A stretch of 35,488 bases of DNA from assembly GCA_029262755.1 (NCBI GenBank), contig JAJCYU010000010.1, positions 1 through 35,488 of the forward strand. The letters run 5' to 3'. Each line of letters begins with the position of its first letter. The first letter of the stretch is position 1. The DNA comes from Anaerolineae bacterium (GTDB taxonomy: Bacteria; Chloroflexota; Anaerolineae; Epilineales; Epilineaceae). Positions 25,672-33,806 of the stretch are shown piece by piece. The translations under genes and the position numbers were made by a program. The notes under the pieces were generated by a model. It saw nothing but the letters and a program-made list of their open reading frames with translations, was not told where the DNA came from and searched no databases.

Positions 25672-28587
25672 CTACGAGCGCTCCGTCCAAGGGATGAAGA
25701 TCTCGTGATCGCCGCCGGTGTCGGGGGTCGGCTCGATCGGAGGTGGCGCTCGGGTCGGCGTCGGGCTAGGCACGGGACTTGGCGTCGGCTCCGGCGAGGC
25801 ATCGGGGTCGAAGGGAGCCGCGCCGAACGATAGCCCGAGCTCATAGCTGCCGATCGCAGAGTCCTGGCTTAGGGTATGCAGATAGTAGTCCCCGGGAATC
25901 AACAGCGCGTTGACCTCCGCCGGCAGACCGATCGATATGGGTCCCTGGCCCTCGAGTAGAGCGCGCCTGTGGTTCAGCAGCTCTACGTAGGGCCGAAACA
26001 GTCCGGCCGAGGCTGTCGCCGTCAGGGTGCCCATCTGGGCCACGGTGACGCGATAGACATCGACTGGTGGCGCGGCCGCCGCCGGCACGCCGACCCCGCC
26101 GGGGACTTCGGGCCAAGTACAATCGCCCGACTCCAGGGCTCCTTGCGCGGTGGCGTTCTTGTCGATGGGCATCACCATGCACGACGTGGTGTCCGCCGCG
26201 GGCGTGAAGACCATCTGCAGCTGATAGTCTCCCGTGAACTGGGTGTCGGAGACGGACTCCACCTGCAGTTCGTACTCCGCGGCCGTCGTGAAGAAGCCGA
26301 GGGACGCGGTCGAATCCAGGAAGTTCTGATCGTAGTCGTCCCCTACGAGCGCGCCCGTTGCGGGGTTGAACAACCGCAATCGCGGGAAGAAGGAGCCGGA
26401 AGAAACCTGAATGCCCAAGGTCCCCCGGGAAGGCGCCGTGACCCGGTACCGGTCGACCGGCGACCAGACGGCGCGCAGTGGATCGAGGTCATTGGCCGTG
26501 CACTCGAATCCGTCGAGCTCCGTGTCGAGCGCGGTGCCGGATTGCAATACGTTGACGGCGCACTCCGTCGGTGCCGGCCGCGGGCTAAAGGCCGTGGTGA
26601 GCTGGTACGGTCCGTACTCGCCGGCAATGGCGTTGGTCGGGAGCACCAGATAGTCGCCGGCGGGCAGCACGGCTCGGATCTCCGAGTTGACGTCTCCCCC
26701 GGCGGGATCCACGTCATCGTTCAGCGTGGCCTTCGCGGCGATGTTGAGGGCTGCGTTGGGGAAGGGGCCCGCGATGAGTACCAAGAACGTGTCGATGTCG
26801 GTCGAGCGCATCGAGATCAAGACCTCGCCCCGCTCGTCCAAGTGAAGCAAGAACGGATCGACCGGATCCGGGGAACCGCCGAAGTAGTACTCGCTGAGCG
26901 TGCAGTCCGCCGCGGTCAATTCCTCCGCGGACGTCCCGTTTAGCGGGAGTTGCCGCACGTTGCACGCGGCCACACGGGACGCGAAGCTGAGCGACAGCGT
27001 GTAGTCCCCTAGGTTCTCGACGGATTGGATCCCCAGCCGATAGGCGCCCGGTGGCAGGCTCAACGAGACCGGCGGCGACTCCGCCTGACCGATGAAGACC
27101 TGGTTGTTGCGGTCCATGAGCCACAAGACCGGCTGCCAGCCGACAGCGTCCACGTTGACGTCCAACGTGCCGTCTTGCGGGATCACGATGTCGAAGAGAT
27201 CCATGGGCATACGGACGATGATTCCGTTGTTCAGATAGCCGTCGAAGCAGTCCGCGTCATTCAACGTGCCTGCCGTCGTGCTGTTGGCTTCGACGAGCGT
27301 GGCATCGCAGGCGGCGCCGACAGGAGCGAAGCTCGTGTCGACGGTGATGGCACCGGTGCCGCGCTTTGCGCCAAGCACCAGGAGACGGTAGCGACCCGCC
27401 GGCACCGGCAACGCGAACGAGGTAGTGCCGGGCGCCTGGTCCTCCGTGTCGTTGATGTCGCTCGAAAGCGTTACGTTGTCGGCATTGATCAGCGCGTGAC
27501 GCGGCTCGAGCGCCGTGCTGGTCACGCTGCCGGACAGCATGCCCGCCTCGGGCAGCACGATTTCGTAGACGAGTGCCGGGTTGTCGAGCATCACCAGGGG
27601 CAACCAGTCGTATACGCGGCAGCCGCCAGCGGGAACGTCGCGTGTCGAGCCCGCACCGGGATCGAGCGCCAAGGCTTCGCAAGCGGGCTCGGACACGGGA
27701 CGAATCGTGGGCTCAACCTGGTAGTCGCCGCCGACATCCGCCGCATCGGACAAGGACGTCACCAAGATCACGTAGCTGCCGGCCGGCAGCGTCGTGTCGA
27801 TCGACGCAGGGCCACCGTCGACGCTAAAGCCGTCGGTGATGGGCGCATATCCGGCATCGTGCACGGAAACGTACATGTCGAACGCGGCCTGGACCTGGAG
27901 GCTGACCTCGCTGCGCTCTGGCAACGTCATACGATATTGGTCGACGAAGGAAACGACGGTCGTGTTGGTGACCTGACCCCAGCGGCAATCCGGCACGGCC
28001 AAGCTCTCGGTAAAGGACTCGCCCGCGGGCAACGGCACCTGCTCACAGTTGGTTTCGGTTTGCGCAATGGCCGCTTGGGAGGTCGTGCCCGTTGGGCGTT
28101 CCTGGCCGTAGGCCCGCTGTGCAGCGGTGCGGCGTGCTCGCGAAGCCGCAACGATCGGGTCTTGCGGAGCCAAGTTCACGCCGGCCTCGCTCTTGGAAGG
28201 CCGAAGAGACGACGCGGACGCAGGCGCCCGTCCTGGCGAAGCCGCAAGTGACCCGCCTTCCGCGATTGCCGGCTGGCGTCCATGAACGGACGGGCCCGCA
28301 CCGGAGGATGACAAGACGACGGGCACGCGCACCGTCGGCTGTCGTGACAGCACAGAGGCGGCGCTGTTCTGGGGCGCCGTGGCGAGCAGAAAGGGAGCCA
28401 TGGCCAGCGAAGCGGCGATGGCACGCCAAGCATGGCGCGTTAACCGAGACGCGGGCCGGACGAGGGCGGGTAGAGTCGGGGGCGTGGCCGATAGCCCGCA
28501 ATCCGGGTCGACCGTTGCTTCGGGCACTTGCGTGCGCGAGGCACGTAGCAAGGCTCGGACGATCTTGCGCTGGGGAGCGAAGCGCAT
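25672..28587 (-). CDS. Large exported protein with six tandem PPC-like (pre-peptidase C-terminal) beta-sandwich domains
   Basis: Six ~120-aa units, each opening with C-x19-C followed by D.Y/F...., a D/P.L.L core and LP.G.Y.....G.Y.L. Signal-like hydrophobic stretch AIAASLAMAPFLLA. PEPTPSPVPSPTPT linker. Ends HEIFIPWTERS. AGGAGG RBS before ATG 28587. Confidence 0.82.
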   Translation of the reverse strand: MRFAPQRKIVRALLRASRTQVPEATVDPDCGLSATPPTLPALVRPASRLTRHAWRAIAASLAMAPFLLATAPQNSAASVLSRQPTVRVPVVLSSSGAGPSVHGRQPAIAEGGSLAASPGRAPASASSLRPSKSEAGVNLAPQDPIVAASRARRTAAQRAYGQERPTGTTSQAAIAQTETNCEQVPLPAGESFTESLAVPDCRWGQVTNTTVVSFVDQYRMTLPERSEVSLQVQAAFDMYVSVHDAGYAPITDGFSVDGGPASIDTTLPAGSYVILVTSLSDAADVGGDYQVEPTIRPVSEPACEALALDPGAGSTRDVPAGGCRVYDWLPLVMLDNPALVYEIVLPEAGMLSGSVTSTALEPRHALINADNVTLSSDINDTEDQAPGTTSFALPVPAGRYRLLVLGAKRGTGAITVDTSFAPVGAACDATLVEANSTTAGTLNDADCFDGYLNNGIIVRMPMDLFDIVIPQDGTLDVNVDAVGWQPVLWLMDRNNQVFIGQAESPPVSLSLPPGAYRLGIQSVENLGDYTLSLSFASRVAACNVRQLPLNGTSAEELTAADCTLSEYYFGGSPDPVDPFLLHLDERGEVLISMRSTDIDTFLVLIAGPFPNAALNIAAKATLNDDVDPAGGDVNSEIRAVLPAGDYLVLPTNAIAGEYGPYQLTTAFSPRPAPTECAVNVLQSGTALDTELDGFECTANDLDPLRAVWSPVDRYRVTAPSRGTLGIQVSSGSFFPRLRLFNPATGALVGDDYDQNFLDSTASLGFFTTAAEYELQVESVSDTQFTGDYQLQMVFTPAADTTSCMVMPIDKNATAQGALESGDCTWPEVPGGVGVPAAAAPPVDVYRVTVAQMGTLTATASAGLFRPYVELLNHRRALLEGQGPISIGLPAEVNALLIPGDYYLHTLSQDSAIGSYELGLSFGAAPFDPDASPEPTPSPVPSPTPTRAPPPIEPTPDTGGDHEIFIPWTERS

Positions 28588-28685
28588 GGGGGTCCCTCCT
28601 GGGTTGGGCCGCACGCGCGTGGTGCGCTAGCGGACGGGGGCGCACGTCGGGCCGCGAGCCGGCGCGACGGATGGGTACGGTTGAA

Positions 28686-28738
28686 CTCGGGACGATTAGG
28701 CTCGGGACGATTAGGCTCGGGACGATGAGGCTCGGGAC
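28686..28738. repeat. 15-bp tandem repeat, 3.5 copies
   Basis: CTCGGGACGATTAGG x2, then CTCGGGACGATGAGG and CTCGGGAC. A degenerate copy (ATGGGTACGGTTGAA) precedes them at 28671-28685. Confidence 0.9.
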
Positions 28739-28808
28739 AACGAAGCCGCGCCGCGCACAGAACCTACAACACGCAGAGGTCGATCTCCTGGACGCTATGA
28801 TCTCGTTC

Positions 28809-29528
28809 ATGGTGCCAGCCGTCCAGGAAGACACGCCTCCGCCGCACATCCCGATCTTGTTCCACGACGACTTTGCATTGGTCGTGGACAAGCCGGGCGG
28901 AATGCTCGTGCATCGATCGCGCGAGGCGGCCCGTTCTCGCTATCTGTTGCAGACCGTACGCGATCAGACCGGCCGGTACTTGTACCCCGTGCACCGGATC
29001 GATCGTGCGGCCTCCGGCGCGTTGGCCTTCGGCTTGAGCAAAGAATCCGCGGCAGCCCTACAAGCCGCGCTACAGGCCGCCGATGCGCACAAGGAATACC
29101 GGGTACTGGTCCGCGGCGCCATTGCAGAGGAAGGCACGTCGGAGCGGCCGCTCACGAATCGCAAGACGGGCGTCCGCCAAGAAGCCTGCTCTCACTGGCG
29201 CAGGATCGCCCTGATCGATACGGACCACGGCCCACTGTCGTGGGTGGCAGTGCGGATTACGACCGGACGACGCCATCAGATTCGTCGGCACATGGCCGCC
29301 ATGGCGCACCAGGTGGTCGGAGATACGACCTACGGCAAAGGCCGCCTCAATCGAGCCTTCCGCGCGGAGTTCGGCTTGCCACGGATGGTGCTGCACGCGG
29401 CCTTGCTCGACCTCGCGCATCCCTCCGGCGTCGGTCGGCTGCGCGCTCGCGCCCCGCTCGCGGCGGACCTGCGCACGTTCCTGCGACGGATCCCGGGGGT
29501 CGACGACGCGAAGTTGGACGCACCGTAG
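28809..29528 (+). CDS. RNA pseudouridine synthase, RluA/TruC family
   Basis: VVDKPGGMLVHRS, YPVHRIDRAASG (catalytic Asp), KEY..LVRG, TGRRHQIRRHMA...H.VVGDTTYGKG, MVLHA. The longer upstream part of the track ORF is not credible. Confidence 0.9.
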   Translation: MVPAVQEDTPPPHIPILFHDDFALVVDKPGGMLVHRSREAARSRYLLQTVRDQTGRYLYPVHRIDRAASGALAFGLSKESAAALQAALQAADAHKEYRVLVRGAIAEEGTSERPLTNRKTGVRQEACSHWRRIALIDTDHGPLSWVAVRITTGRRHQIRRHMAAMAHQVVGDTTYGKGRLNRAFRAEFGLPRMVLHAALLDLAHPSGVGRLRARAPLAADLRTFLRRIPGVDDAKLDAP

Positions 29529-29958
29529 TCGCGGACCGCACCGCTAGGACGCGGCAATTCGAGGTTCGGCAGCCAATCAAGCGCGGTACGCCGGCTACGT
29601 GCACCCTCGGCGCAAGAATCCCAGCGTATCCCTCGGCCGCACATTGCGTCTCAACCCCTGACGGACTGCCTTCCCAAGGAAGTGCGTTCCGGCGAACAAC
29701 CCGGCACCGCGAGTACCGCTCGATGTACGGATCGAACGGCCGCTCAAGATTGTCGGCCTGGTGCTTGAACCTTGGATCGATTTGGAACGTGGCCACGGTC
29801 GCAACGCGACCTGATGCAAAAGCAGCGTGCGTCGCCGTGGCCCGGACGGGCTTCTCGTGTCCCGTCTGGGCCACGGCGATCGTGCATTTTGCACGCCAAG
29901 GCGGTCGACCAATCCGGCGAAGCGAGCGTGAAGGAATCCTCTGTCGCTTGGGATAGCG

Positions 29959-29986
29959 CGAGGAATCAGCCGCGAGGGATTCCTCG
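29959..29986 (-). terminator. Possible hairpin terminator downstream of the efflux adaptor gene
   Basis: CGAGGAATC-(10 nt)-GATTCCTCG, 9-bp stem about 50 nt past the stop at 30036; no clear U-tract. Confidence 0.35.
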
Positions 29987-30035
29987 AGCGGACGGCGGAC
30001 GGCGGACGGCCGATGCGCGAGCCGCGAACGACGGC

Positions 30036-31283
30036 TCAGTCGCGCTCGTCGTGGATCGTCACGGAGGCGGTCATGTTCCAGCGCAAGCGCGGATCGCTGT
30101 CCTCCGGTTCAACCACGACCCGGTACGTGATGTCGCCAAGCTTGTTCGTGCCGTAGCCGTCGATGGCAACGACACGTCCGGAAAGCGCCACGTCGTCCAG
30201 TGCGTCGATCTCGATCGTCACGCGATCACCAATCGCGACATGCACGACGCTCAGTTCGGAGAGATCGTCCGTTTCGATGCGCCAGTCTGAGGTGTCCGCG
30301 ACGCGCACCACGACCGTTCCCGGTGGCACGTACTCGTGCGGTCGAACATCGAGCGTCGCGACGACTCCGTCGAAGGGCGCTCTCAACACGGCACGGTCCA
30401 TGCGCACGCGTGCGGTCTCGAGCACCGCGCGTGCGCCGTCGATGCGTGCTTTCGCCGCGGCGATCTCCGCGGCGGTCGCGCCGCGGCGGAGACGTGCCAG
30501 CCGGGCCTCGGATTCGCGCACCCCGGCGCTGGCCGCTTCGCGTTGGCCCGCGGCGCTCTGCACGCCGGCCTGGGCGACCCGCACGTCCTCGACGCGCGCA
30601 CCGTTGCGAAGGTCGGCCAGCTGAATCTCCGCGATGCGGACATCCTCGTACAGACGTCCGATCTCGGCTTCCGCGCCGTCGCAATCGGCTTGATCGGCCA
30701 GCTTCTTCTCCACGCGACCACAGATGGCATCGCGACGGGCTTGTGCGCCCCAAAGCAGATTGCGTACGGAAGCCGCGCGCCGTTCCGCGATGTCGATATC
30801 TTCGTTGCTGGCACCCGCCGAGACCCGATCGCGCGAAGCGCCGGCCGATGCGAGGGCGCCGGCCGCGCTCATCACACCGGCGCGTGCCGCGTCGACCGCG
30901 GCTTCCGCGGCCGCGATGTCCTCCGAGGTCGCTCCCCGCACGAGGTCTTCCATCGCGAGCTCCGCGGCTTCCAGTTCCGTCTCGGCCCGTACGACCTCAG
31001 CCGCCTCGGCGGAGCCGTCTACACGCGCAAGCACGGCGCCGGCAGACACCTCGTCGCCCGAGGACACGGGCAGGCCCACGATCTGGCCTCCTTGGCTGAA
31101 CGAGAGGCTAGCGTGGCGCACCGGAACGACCACGCCATCGGCGACGACGTCATTGACGGCCAGGACAGGGGGCAGCACCGTCGCGTTGCTCGGATCCGCG
31201 GGATCGCCGCCGCCACCGCAGGCGGCCACGACCGAGCCCGCGGCAAGGAGCAAGACTACGCGTAGTCCCGAATCGATCTTCAT
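30036..31283 (-). CDS. Efflux transporter adaptor / membrane-fusion protein (HlyD family), lipoprotein
   Basis: Lipobox VVAAC, lipoyl-like halves (V.SGDEV.AG..LARVD; LRAPFDGVV), long Ala-rich coiled coil, and C-terminal Y.VVV......RLRWNMTA.V.I. Confidence 0.9.
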   Translation of the reverse strand: MKIDSGLRVVLLLAAGSVVAACGGGGDPADPSNATVLPPVLAVNDVVADGVVVPVRHASLSFSQGGQIVGLPVSSGDEVSAGAVLARVDGSAEAAEVVRAETELEAAELAMEDLVRGATSEDIAAAEAAVDAARAGVMSAAGALASAGASRDRVSAGASNEDIDIAERRAASVRNLLWGAQARRDAICGRVEKKLADQADCDGAEAEIGRLYEDVRIAEIQLADLRNGARVEDVRVAQAGVQSAAGQREAASAGVRESEARLARLRRGATAAEIAAAKARIDGARAVLETARVRMDRAVLRAPFDGVVATLDVRPHEYVPPGTVVVRVADTSDWRIETDDLSELSVVHVAIGDRVTIEIDALDDVALSGRVVAIDGYGTNKLGDITYRVVVEPEDSDPRLRWNMTASVTIHDERD

Positions 31284-31485
31284 GTGCGGACCATCCCGAA
31301 AGGCGGTGACATCCGGCCCGCTTAGCGCGGTCGATGTCCGGTTGGGTGCGGGTTGCGCCCGGGGGAGGGCATAGGCATGAGGATCACGCTACGCGCGCGG
31401 GGTCGCACGATCACATAATACTACAGTAACCGAAACGGGTGAACCGTCGAGTTCCCAAGGTTTCTCTAGGGAACCGCAGGGAATC

Positions 31486-32241
31486 TCAACCCAGCGGCTG
31501 CGCGAGCTCAGGGGCGGGCACGGCAACTCCGTGGCGTCGTTGCTCCACGATCAGGCCGTCGGCAATCACCAGCGTCCGCGCAACGCGCGCGGCCAGATCG
31601 TCATCGTGCGTCACCACGACGATGGTCTTGCCATCCGCCACCAATTCCTCGAAGAGGGTCTCGACGTCTTCCGCCGTGCGTGAATCGAGGTTGCCGGTGG
31701 GCTCGTCTGCAAGGAGGATCGGCGGGTCGTTGGCCAGGGAGCGGGCGATGGCGGCGCGTTGCTGCTGGCCACCCGAGATGGCCGACGGTAGCTTGTGCGC
31801 CTGGTCGGCCATGTCGACGCGTTCCAGGAGCGCCATCGCCCGCCCAGGCCGCTCTTTGCTCGGCCACGTATTGCAGAAGTCCATGGGCAGCATGACGTTC
31901 TCGATGACGGTCAGCGTGGGAAGGAGTTGGAAGAATTGGAACACGATCCCAAGCGATCGTCCGCGCCAGGCGGCAAGCTTTCCCTCACGCAGCGCATGCA
32001 CCCCGGTTCCGGCGACAACAACCTCGCCCTCCGTCGGTCGATCGATGCCGGCGATCATGTTGATGAGCGTCGACTTGCCGCTGCCGGACTTGCCGATCAC
32101 GGCCACGAACTCACCCGGCGCGACCCGAAGGTCTACACCGCGAAGGGCGTGGAACACGCCGGCTTCGCTTTCGAAGGTCTTGATCACGCCGCGCATCTCG
32201 ATCAAGGTGTCCGAAGGCGCATTCGCCGTTTCGCTGCGCAT
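31486..32241 (-). CDS. ABC transporter ATP-binding protein (LolD/MacB-type)
   Basis: Walker [11 protein letters not shown]-loop IVFQFFQL, signature ISGGQQQR, Walker [14 protein letters not shown]-loop VVTHD. AGGAG RBS. Confidence 0.95.
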   Translation of the reverse strand: MRSETANAPSDTLIEMRGVIKTFESEAGVFHALRGVDLRVAPGEFVAVIGKSGSGKSTLINMIAGIDRPTEGEVVVAGTGVHALREGKLAAWRGRSLGIVFQFFQLLPTLTVIENVMLPMDFCNTWPSKERPGRAMALLERVDMADQAHKLPSAISGGQQQRAAIARSLANDPPILLADEPTGNLDSRTAEDVETLFEELVADGKTIVVVTHDDDLAARVARTLVIADGLIVEQRRHGVAVPAPELAQPLG

Positions 32242-32291
32242 CGATCGCTCCTGGGTCCACGGCCGCTCGATTCGCAGCGGCGGCGGCCCGG

Positions 32292-32340
32292 ATCATAGCA
32301 GCGCGCCGCGGGTCCTCGACGTGCCGGCGCGTGCTAGAAT
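32292..32340. promoter_or_regulatory. Back-to-back extended -10 promoters
   Basis: Minus strand TGCTATGAT (32300-32292) upstream of the ABC ATPase; plus strand TGCTAGAAT (32332-32340), 6 nt before the zincin ATG. Confidence 0.55.
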
Positions 32341-32346
32341 CGCGCC

Positions 32347-32721
32347 ATGCACCTGGATCGCGCCGCTTTCGAGCGCCTCGTCGACGACGTCATGAACGAC
32401 CTGCCGGACTCGATCAGCCGTCACGTGAGCAACGTCATCGTGGTGGTCGCGAACTGGCCGACGCGCGCACAGCGTCGCGACGCGGGGCTCGCCGATGGAG
32501 AAGAGCTTCTGGGTCTGTACGAGGGCACGCCGCTCACCGCCCGCGATAGCGCCTACGATCTGGCCGCACCCGATCGGATCACGATCTTTCGCGGCCCGCT
32601 CATTGCAGCATGTCGGCATCAGGAGGAGCTTCGCGCGGAGGTCCGGCGTACGGTGCTCCATGAGCTCGCCCACCACTTCGGCATCGACGACGATCGGCTC
32701 GAGGCACTGGGCGCTTATTAA
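32347..32721 (+). CDS. Zincin-like metallopeptidase family protein (Zincin_1/DUF1025)
   Basis: FE.LV...[42 protein letters not shown] (HExxH). Confidence 0.9.
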   Translation: MHLDRAAFERLVDDVMNDLPDSISRHVSNVIVVVANWPTRAQRRDAGLADGEELLGLYEGTPLTARDSAYDLAAPDRITIFRGPLIAACRHQEELRAEVRRTVLHELAHHFGIDDDRLEALGAY

Positions 32722-33806
32722 TGGACGATACGCCACCCAAACATCCGGCTACGCCGGAAACGACGCCGGAAACGGATTCGGAACCGCGAAGGGAACCGCG
32801 GCCGAAACCGCGGCTGAAACCGAGGCCGGAACCGAGGCCATCGACACCGTGTGATCCGTCGCCGCTGCCGCCGCCGCCTGCGCAGCTTTCGGTCCGATCG
32901 ATGACGCTACGTGGTCGCAGCGTTGTCTGGGGCAGGCGTACGATCGTGATGAGCGTCATCAACGCCACACCGGACTCTTTTTCGGGCGATGGCCTCATGG
33001 TGCGGCGTCGGCCCGCGGACGTCGTGGACGCCGCGCTGCGGCGCGCAGAGGAAGCGTTGGCGGCGGGCGCGGATTGGTTGGACGTGGGCGGCGAGTCGAC
33101 CCGTCCCGGCGCCGAGCGCGTCGACGTCGACGAGGAACGCGCCCGGGTCGTGCCTGTCATGCGCGCGCTCCGATCCCGAGTGGATGTACCGATCTCCATC
33201 GATACCTCGCGAGCAGCCGTCGCGGAAGCCGCGCTGGACGCCGGGGCCGATCTCGTGAACGACGTCTGGGCCCTTCGGGCAGACCCAGCCATGGCACCGC
33301 TGATCGCGCGCCGCGGTGTTCCGGTAATCCTCATGCACAACCGTGCCGCCCCGCAGGGGGTAGAGGAGCGCAAGACGCTCGGCGGCCGCTACATCGACGT
33401 GGAGTATGACGACCTGGTCGCAGAGGTTTCGTCTGCGTTGCTCGCCTTCGTCGCTGCGGCAAAGGAGGCAGGCATCGCGGACACCCAGATCGTGCTCGAC
33501 CCGGGCCTCGGATTCGGCAAGACCGTGGGCCAGAACCTGGCGCTACTCGATTCCACGGATGAACTGCGCTCGCTCGGCTTTCCGCTGCTCGTCGGCACGT
33601 CGCGCAAGAGCTTCATCGGCTACACGCTCGACCTGCCGCCCGACGACAGGGTCGAGGGCACGGCGGCCACCGTCGCCATCGCGATCGCCCGCGGCGCGGA
33701 CATCGTGCGGGTGCACGACACGCGCGCGATGGTGCGCGTGGCGCGCATGACCGACGCCATCGTGCGTCGCCTCGCGCAGGAAGCCTCGGCCGGCGCTTCG
33801 CGCTAA
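32721..33806 (+). CDS. folP: Dihydropteroate synthase with a low-complexity N-terminal extension
   Basis: VMSVINATPDSFSGDG, DVGGESTRPGA, ISIDT, VNDVW, LMHNR, LDPGLGFGKT, GTSRKSFIG, IVRVHD. ATG overlaps the zincin stop (TAATG); the true start could be further downstream. Confidence 0.93.
   Translation: MDDTPPKHPATPETTPETDSEPRREPRPKPRLKPRPEPRPSTPCDPSPLPPPPAQLSVRSMTLRGRSVVWGRRTIVMSVINATPDSFSGDGLMVRRRPADVVDAALRRAEEALAAGADWLDVGGESTRPGAERVDVDEERARVVPVMRALRSRVDVPISIDTSRAAVAEAALDAGADLVNDVWALRADPAMAPLIARRGVPVILMHNRAAPQGVEERKTLGGRYIDVEYDDLVAEVSSALLAFVAAAKEAGIADTQIVLDPGLGFGKTVGQNLALLDSTDELRSLGFPLLVGTSRKSFIGYTLDLPPDDRVEGTAATVAIAIARGADIVRVHDTRAMVRVARMTDAIVRRLAQEASAGASR
32751..32839 (+). repeat. Degenerate 12-bp tandem repeat (~7 copies) in the 5' part of folP
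   Basis: ACGCCGGAAACG ACGCCGGAAACG GATTCGGAACCG CGAAGGGAACCG CGGCCGAAACCG CGGCTGAAACCG AGGCCGGAACCG AGGCC, encoding TPET-TPET-DSEP-RREP-RPKP-RLKP-RPEP. Confidence 0.75.

Noticed and set aside
28686..28738. Possible mini-CRISPR
   Set aside because: The units are 15 bp and head-to-tail with no spacers, and there are no cas genes.
28092..28808. Long N-terminal extension of the pseudouridine synthase in the ORF track
   Set aside because: Arg/Pro-rich, overlaps the opposite-strand PPC gene, and a -10 box lies just before ATG 28809.
29660..29780. Faint resemblance of the minus-strand translation (FDPYIERYSRCRVV...THF) to an IS5-family transposase C-terminus
   Set aside because: Too few matching residues, a frameshift is required, and no terminal inverted repeats were found; not supportable without a database search.
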